Positions 57,656 through 64,000 of a stretch of DNA of 64,000 nucleotides are shown one piece after another. This DNA is from Escherichia coli (lineage in GTDB: Bacteria; Pseudomonadota; Gammaproteobacteria; Enterobacterales; Enterobacteriaceae): assembly GCF_044324875.1 (NCBI RefSeq), contig NZ_CP172185.1. One strand, 5' to 3'. Position 1 is the first letter of the stretch, and each line of letters starts with the position of its first letter. The notes beneath the pieces are model-generated. The model saw nothing but the letters and a program-made list of their open reading frames with translations, was not told the DNA's origin and did not search any database. The translations under genes were made by a program, and so were the position numbers.

Positions 57656-60331
57656 TTAAGCGGATTTCTTCGCTTTTTTCTCAGCTTTAGCCGGAGCGGC
57701 TTCCTTTTTCGCTGCAGTTTCACCTTCTACATAATCACGACCGTAGTAGGTATCCAGCAGAATCTGTTTCAGCTCGGAGATCAGCGGGTAACGCGGGTTA
57801 GCGCCGGTGCACTGGTCATCGAATGCATCTTCAGACAGTTTATCCACATTCGCCAGGAAGTCTGCTTCCTGAACGCCAGCTTCACGGATAGATTTCGGAA
57901 TACCCAGTTCAGCTTTCAGCGTTTCCAGCCATGCCAGCAGTTTCTCGATCTTAGCAGCAGTACGGTCGCCCGGTGCGCTCAGACCCAGGTGGTCAGCAAT
58001 TTCAGCATAACGACGGCGAGCTTGCGGACGGTCATACTGGCTGAATGCAGTCTGCTTGGTCGGGTTGTCGTTCGCGTTGTAGCGAATAACGTTACAAATC
58101 AGCAGGGCGTTTGCCAGACCGTGCGGAATATGGAACTGGGAACCCAGTTTGTGCGCCATTGAGTGACATACACCCAGGAAGGCGTTCGCAAACGCGATAC
58201 CCGCGATAGTTGCTGCACTGTGAACACGTTCACGCGCTACCGGATTTTTAGATCCTTCGTGGTAGGACGCTGGCAGATATTCTTTCAGCAGTTTCAGCGC
58301 CTGCAGAGCCTGACCATCAGAGAACTCAGATGCCAGTACAGAAACATAAGCTTCCATGGCGTGAGTTACTGCGTCCAGACCACCGAAAGCACACAGGGAC
58401 TTCGGCATGTCCATAACCAGGTTGGCATCGACAATCGCCATATCCGGGGTCAGCGCATAGTCTGCCAGCGGATATTTCTGACCAGTAGCGTCGTCAGTTA
58501 CAACCGCAAACGGAGTGACTTCAGAACCTGTACCAGAAGTGGTGGTGACAGCGATCATTTTCGCTTTCACGCCCATTTTCGGGAACTTGTAGATACGTTT
58601 ACGGATATCCATAAAGCGCAGCGCCAGTTCTTCGAAGTGAGTTTCCGGATGTTCGTACATGACCCACATGATCTTCGCGGCGTCCATCGGGGAACCACCA
58701 CCCAGCGCGATAATCACGTCTGGTTTAAAGGAGTTTGCCAGTTCTGCACCTTTACGAACGATGCTCAGGGTCGGGTCAGCTTCTACTTCGAAGAAGACTT
58801 CAGTTTCAACGCCTGCTGCTTTCAGTACGGAAGTGATCTGATCAGCATAACCATTGTTGAACAGGAAGCGGTCAGTCACGATGAGCGCACGTTTGTGGCC
58901 ATCAGTAATCACTTCATCCAGCGCGATTGGCAGGGAGCCACGGCGGAAGTAGATAGATTTCGGAAGTTTGTGCCACAACATGTTTTCAGCTCGCTTAGCA
59001 ACGGTTTTCTTGTTGATCAGGTGTTTCGGACCAACGTTTTCAGAGATGGAGTTACCACCCCAGGAACCACAACCCAGAGTCAGGGAAGGTGCGAGTTTGA
59101 AGTTATACAGGTCACCGATACCACCCTGAGAAGCCGGGGTGTTAATCAGGATACGAGCCGTTTTCATTTTCTGACCGAAGTAAGAAACGCGAGCCGGTTG
59201 GTTATCCTGGTCAGTGTACAGGCAAGAGGTATGACCGATACCGCCCATAGCAACCAGTTTCTCTGCTTTTTCTACCGCGTCTTCGAAATCTTTAGCGCGG
59301 TACATTGCCAGAGTAGGGGACAGTTTTTCATGTGCGAACGGTTCGCTTTCATCAACAACGGTCACTTCACCGATCAGAATCTTGGTGTTTTCTGGTACAG
59401 AGAAGCCTGCCAGTTCAGCAATTTTATAGGCTGGCTGACCAACGATAGCCGCGTTCAGCGCACCGTTTTTCAGGATAACGTCCTGAACAGCTTTCAGCTC
59501 TTTACCCTGCAACAGATAGCCGCCGTGGGTTGCGAAACGTTCACGTACTGCGTCATAAACAGAGTCAACAACAACAACAGACTGTTCAGAAGCACAGATT
59601 ACGCCGTTGTCGAAGGTTTTGGACATCAGCACAGATGCAACTGCACGTTTGATATCAGCAGTTTCATCGATAACAACAGGCGTGTTACCCGCGCCTACAC
59701 CGATAGCTGGTTTACCGGAGCTGTATGCGGCTTTAACCATGCCCGGACCACCAGTCGCGAGGATCAGGTTGATGTCTGGGTGGTGCATCAGTGCGTTAGA
59801 CAGTTCAACAGAAGGTTGATCGATCCAGCCGATCAGATCTTTCGGAGCACCGGCAGCGATAGCAGCCTGCAGAACGATATCAGCCGCTTTGTTGGTTGCA
59901 TCTTTTGCACGCGGGTGCGGGGAGAAGATAATGGCGTTACGGGTCTTCAGGCTGATCAGCGATTTGAAGATAGCAGTTGAAGTCGGGTTAGTGGTCGGAA
60001 CGATACCGCAAATAATACCGATTGGTTCAGCGATAGTGATGGTACCAAAAGTGTCGTCTTCAGACAGAACACCACAGGTTTTTTCATCTTTATAGGCGTT
60101 GTAGATATATTCAGAAGCAAAGTGGTTTTTGATCACTTTATCTTCGACGATACCCATGCCGGATTCGGCAACGGCCATTTTCGCGAGTGGGATTCGAGCA
60201 TCTGCAGCAGCCAGAGCGGCGGCGCGGAAGATTTTGTCTACTTGCTCTTGAGTGAAACTGGCATATTCACGCTGGGCTTTTTTTACACGCTCTACGAGTG
60301 CGTTAAGTTCAGCGACATTAGTAACAGCCAT
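57656..60331 (-). CDS. adhE: Bifunctional acetaldehyde-CoA / alcohol dehydrogenase
   Basis: 891-aa [63 protein letters not shown]…. Confidence 0.97.
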
Positions 60332-60807
60332 AATGCTCTCCTGATAATGTTAAACTTTTTTAGTAAATCATCTGCTCGAATACGAGAGTATAGTCAGTGC
60401 GGTGATGATTTGCTTAACCGATGAAAATCAAAAGCTTACTCGCGCTCACACTCACTGTGATTTACTAAAAGAGTTTAAACATTAGAGTTATTATCTCTAA
60501 TGCGTCACTTCCAGGTGGCGTAAGCAAGATTACTCACTTCTGGGTACTGATTACGTGATCCAAATCAAATTTTTGCAAAGCTGACACCTTTCAGCATCGC
60601 TTTTCGCCATTATAGCTAACAGTTAATAAATTGTAGTATGATTTGTTGGCTACATTATCATGTTTTGCACAACCAGATAACAATAACGAATGATAGCAAT
60701 TTTAAGTAGTTAGGAGGTGAAAAATGCTGTCAAAAGGCGTATTGTCAGCGCGTCTTTTTAACCTTATTTATGGCTAACATTATCCGGCTTTTGCTTCGGA
60801 GCTAACC

Positions 60808-61455
60808 GTGATTCAGACCCTTTTTGATTTTCCCGTTTACTTCAAATTTTTCATCGGGTTATTTGCGCTGGTCAACCCGGTAGGGATTATTCCCGTCTTT
60901 ATCAGCATGACCAGTTATCAGACAGCGGCAGCGCGAAACAAAACTAACCTTACAGCCAACCTGTCTGTGGCCATTATCTTGTGGATCTCGCTTTTTCTCG
61001 GCGACACGATTCTGCAACTTTTTGGTATATCAATTGATTCGTTCCGTATCGCCGGGGGCATCCTGGTGGTGACGATAGCGATGTCGATGATCAGCGGCAA
61101 GCTTGGCGAGGATAAACAGAACAAGCAAGAAAAATCAGAAACCGCGGTACGTGAAAGCATTGGTGTGGTGCCACTGGCGTTGCCGTTGATGGCGGGGCCA
61201 GGGGCGATCAGTTCTACCATCGTCTGGGGTACGCGTTATCACAGCATTAGCTATCTGTTTGGTTTCTTTGTGGCTATTGCATTGTTCGCTTTATGTTGCT
61301 GGGGATTGTTCCGCATGGCACCGTGGCTGGTACGGGTTTTACGCCAAACCGGCATCAACGTGATCACGCGTATTATGGGGCTATTGCTGATGGCATTGGG
61401 GATTGAATTTATCGTTACTGGTATTAAGGGGATTTTCCCCGGCTTGCTTAATTAA
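60808..61455 (+). CDS. ychE: MarC-family inner-membrane protein YchE
   Basis: 215-aa six-helix membrane ORF; divergent from adhE. Confidence 0.9.
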   Translation: MIQTLFDFPVYFKFFIGLFALVNPVGIIPVFISMTSYQTAAARNKTNLTANLSVAIILWISLFLGDTILQLFGISIDSFRIAGGILVVTIAMSMISGKLGEDKQNKQEKSETAVRESIGVVPLALPLMAGPGAISSTIVWGTRYHSISYLFGFFVAIALFALCCWGLFRMAPWLVRVLRQTGINVITRIMGLLLMALGIEFIVTGIKGIFPGLLN

Positions 61456-61467
61456 TTCCTTTCAAAT

Positions 61468-61495
61468 GAAACGGAGCTGTCATGCTCCGTTTACT
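61468..61495 (+). terminator. Candidate intrinsic terminator after ychE
   Basis: AAACGGAGC-TGTCAT-GCTCCGTTT followed by a T-rich stretch. Confidence 0.6.
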
Positions 61496-62192
61496 TCGTC
61501 ATTATTTTTACTTTGTTCCGGTGCAGTTATCAAAAGCAAAGGGAATGGGTAAAAATATTCTTCTTGAATTACAGTTGGTTATAAGGATTTCCTTAACTGC
61601 TTCTCCTCACCATCATGTTATTTTCGCCACATCATAATCCTGGGCTTGCTGAAGAATAATTGAAATGATATTAGTTATTCCACTGCCTTTGGTAGAGGAA
61701 AGTGCTAAATAATAATCAATTGTTAAATTATTGTGCATTTCACTACTGGAACTGTAATCAGAAAAGATAGACATGCTTAACCAATCTCTATTTGATTGAA
61801 TTGAAAGATGTTTGTTAAGACATGGATGCAAGCTATAGATTCTGATACGGTCAATAAAAGAGAATTGCTTAACAATTTTGCAAAATGTATTGGCGAGTAA
61901 GAAGCGCATTTGGTACTTTCCGGGCAACCGCCAGACGATTCTTTATTGGTAATGAGAATAATTAACAATTAAAGAGCGTCGCGAAAGAATAATGTGTCTC
62001 GACAGGGGAGACACAGTACGAATCGACATAAGGTGATCGTCTGAATCACCAGAATAAATAAAGTCGGTGATAGTAATACGTAACGATAAAGTAACCTGAC
62101 AGCAGAAAGTCTCCGAGCCTGTGCAGGGTCCCAATCCGGGATTACACATGCTGGTTAATACCAGTAATTATAATGAGGGAGTCCAAAAAACA

Positions 62193-63824
62193 ATGACCAA
62201 CATCACCAAGAGAAGTTTAGTAGCAGCTGGCGTTCTGGCTGCGCTAATGGCAGGGAATGTCGCGCTGGCAGCTGATGTACCCGCAGGCGTCACACTGGCG
62301 GAAAAACAAACGCTGGTACGTAACAATGGTTCAGAAGTTCAGTCATTAGATCCGCACAAAATTGAAGGTGTTCCGGAGTCTAATATCAGCCGAGACCTGT
62401 TTGAAGGCTTACTGGTCAGCGATCTTGACGGCCATCCGGCACCTGGCGTCGCTGAATCCTGGGATAATAAAGACGCGAAAGTCTGGACCTTCCATTTGCG
62501 TAAAGATGCGAAATGGTCTGATGGCACGCCAGTCACAGCCCAAGACTTTGTGTATAGCTGGCAACGTTCTGTTGATCCGAACACCGCTTCTCCGTATGCC
62601 AGTTATCTGCAATATGGGCATATCGCCGGTATTGATGAAATTCTTGAAGGGAAAAAACCGATTACCGATCTCGGCGTGAAAGCTATTGATGATCACACAT
62701 TAGAAGTCACCTTAAGTGAACCTGTTCCGTACTTCTATAAATTACTTGTTCACCCATCAACTTCACCGGTGCCAAAAGCCGCTATCGAGAAATTCGGAGA
62801 AAAATGGACCCAGCCTGGTAATATCGTCACCAACGGTGCCTATACCTTAAAAGATTGGGTCGTAAACGAACGAATCGTTCTTGAACGCAGCCCGACCTAC
62901 TGGAACAACGCGAAAACCGTTATTAACCAGGTAACCTATTTGCCTATTGCTTCTGAAGTTACCGATGTCAATCGCTACCGTAGTGGTGAAATCGACATGA
63001 CTTATAACAACATGCCGATCGAATTGTTCCAGAAGCTGAAAAAAGAGATCCCGGACGAAGTTCACGTTGATCCATACCTGTGCACTTATTATTACGAAAT
63101 TAACAACCAGAAACCGCCATTTAACGATGTACGTGTGCGTACCGCACTGAAACTGGGTATGGACCGCGATATCATTGTTAATAAAGTGAAAGCGCAGGGC
63201 GACATGCCCGCCTATGGTTACACTCCACCGTATACTGATGGCGCAAAATTGACTCAGCCGGAATGGTTTGGCTGGAGCCAGGAAAAACGTAACGAAGAAG
63301 CGAAAAAACTGCTGGCTGAAGCGGGTTATACCGCAGACAAACCGTTAACCATCAACCTGTTGTATAACACCTCCGATCTGCATAAAAAGCTGGCGATTGC
63401 TGCCTCTTCATTGTGGAAGAAAAACATTGGTGTAAACGTCAAACTGGTTAACCAGGAGTGGAAAACATTCCTCGACACCCGTCACCAGGGCACTTTTGAT
63501 GTGGCCCGTGCAGGCTGGTGTGCAGACTACAACGAACCAACTTCCTTCCTGAACACCATGCTGTCGAACAGCTCGATGAATACCGCGCATTATAAGAGCC
63601 CGGCCTTTGACAGCATTATGGCGGAAACGCTGAAAGCGACTGACGAGGCGCAGCGCACAGCTCTGTACACTAAAGCAGAACAACAGCTGGATAAGGATTC
63701 GGCCATTGTTCCTGTTTATTACTACGTGAATGCGCGTCTGGTGAAACCGTGGGTTGGTGGCTATACCGGCAAAGATCCGCTGGATAATACCTACACCCGG
63801 AATATGTACATTGTGAAGCACTAA
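62193..63824 (+). CDS. oppA: Periplasmic oligopeptide-binding protein
   Basis: ORF 62121..63824; the start at MTNITKRSLVAAGVLAALMAGNVALA gives the 543-aa protein. Confidence 0.95.
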   Translation: MTNITKRSLVAAGVLAALMAGNVALAADVPAGVTLAEKQTLVRNNGSEVQSLDPHKIEGVPESNISRDLFEGLLVSDLDGHPAPGVAESWDNKDAKVWTFHLRKDAKWSDGTPVTAQDFVYSWQRSVDPNTASPYASYLQYGHIAGIDEILEGKKPITDLGVKAIDDHTLEVTLSEPVPYFYKLLVHPSTSPVPKAAIEKFGEKWTQPGNIVTNGAYTLKDWVVNERIVLERSPTYWNNAKTVINQVTYLPIASEVTDVNRYRSGEIDMTYNNMPIELFQKLKKEIPDEVHVDPYLCTYYYEINNQKPPFNDVRVRTALKLGMDRDIIVNKVKAQGDMPAYGYTPPYTDGAKLTQPEWFGWSQEKRNEEAKKLLAEAGYTADKPLTINLLYNTSDLHKKLAIAASSLWKKNIGVNVKLVNQEWKTFLDTRHQGTFDVARAGWCADYNEPTSFLNTMLSNSSMNTAHYKSPAFDSIMAETLKATDEAQRTALYTKAEQQLDKDSAIVPVYYYVNARLVKPWVGGYTGKDPLDNTYTRNMYIVKH

Positions 63825-63909
63825 TGGCAATACGTGGGGCAGGCGTGTCCTGCTCCACGGTGTCTGATTTTTATCGCATTACAGAAGGCACAGGCCAGAA
63901 GGTAGGGCA

Positions 63910-64000
63910 ATGTTAAAATTTATTCTACGTCGCTGTCTGGAAGCGATTCCGACGCTATTTATTCTTATTACTATTTCGTTCTTTATGATGCGCCTCGCGC
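63910..64000 (+). CDS. oppB: Oligopeptide ABC transporter permease OppB, N-terminal part (runs off the window end)
   Basis: ATG at 63910 followed by MLKFILRRCLEAIPTLFILITISFFMMRLA; truncated by the window edge. Confidence 0.85.
   Translation, partial: MLKFILRRCLEAIPTLFILITISFFMMRLA

Noticed and set aside
58163-59980. 605-aa plus-strand ORF antisense to adhE
   Set aside because: It is fully embedded in adhE and its product looks non-protein-like (Cys/Arg/Phe-rich); an antisense artefact.
61613-61968. Minus-strand ORFs (104 and 63 aa) in the AT-rich region upstream of oppA
   Set aside because: They sit in the long oppA upstream/leader region, are AT-rich with low-complexity products and have no RBS; most likely non-coding regulatory DNA.

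Overview
The window is an enterobacterial (Escherichia coli-type) chromosomal segment that I recognise, gene by gene, as co-linear with the K-12 ldcA-emtA-ycgR-ymgE ... treA-dhaMLK-dhaR-ycgV-ychF-pth-ychH-dauA-prs-ispE-lolB-hemA-prfA-prmC-ychQ-ychA-kdsA-(ldr/rdl)-chaABC-ychN-ychO-narLX-narK-narGHJI-tyrT-purU-ychJ-rssAB-galU-hns-tdk-adhE-ychE-oppAB region. All calls rest on reading the supplied ORF translations and the raw sequence; no database search was run, and comparisons with K-12 are from memory. Four things stand out against that backbone. (1) A six-gene TonB-dependent uptake locus (outer-membrane receptor, ModD/NadC-like protein, SAM methyltransferase, ABC ATPase, FecCD permease, periplasmic binding protein) lies between ymgE and treA, and its ATPase carries an in-frame TGA. 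This is the best candidate for an uncharacterised system in the window; its substrate cannot be inferred from sequence alone. (2) There are two tandem ~535-bp Ldr/Rdl type I toxin-antitoxin repeats. (3) The tRNA-Tyr locus has a single tRNA gene followed by three exact-period 178-bp repeats. (4) A complete 768-bp IS1 with a 9-bp target-site duplication sits between tdk and adhE. Several known regulatory sites are readable directly: a sigma-28 promoter for ycgR, Fnr boxes and NarL heptamers at narK/narG, and a set of intrinsic terminators.
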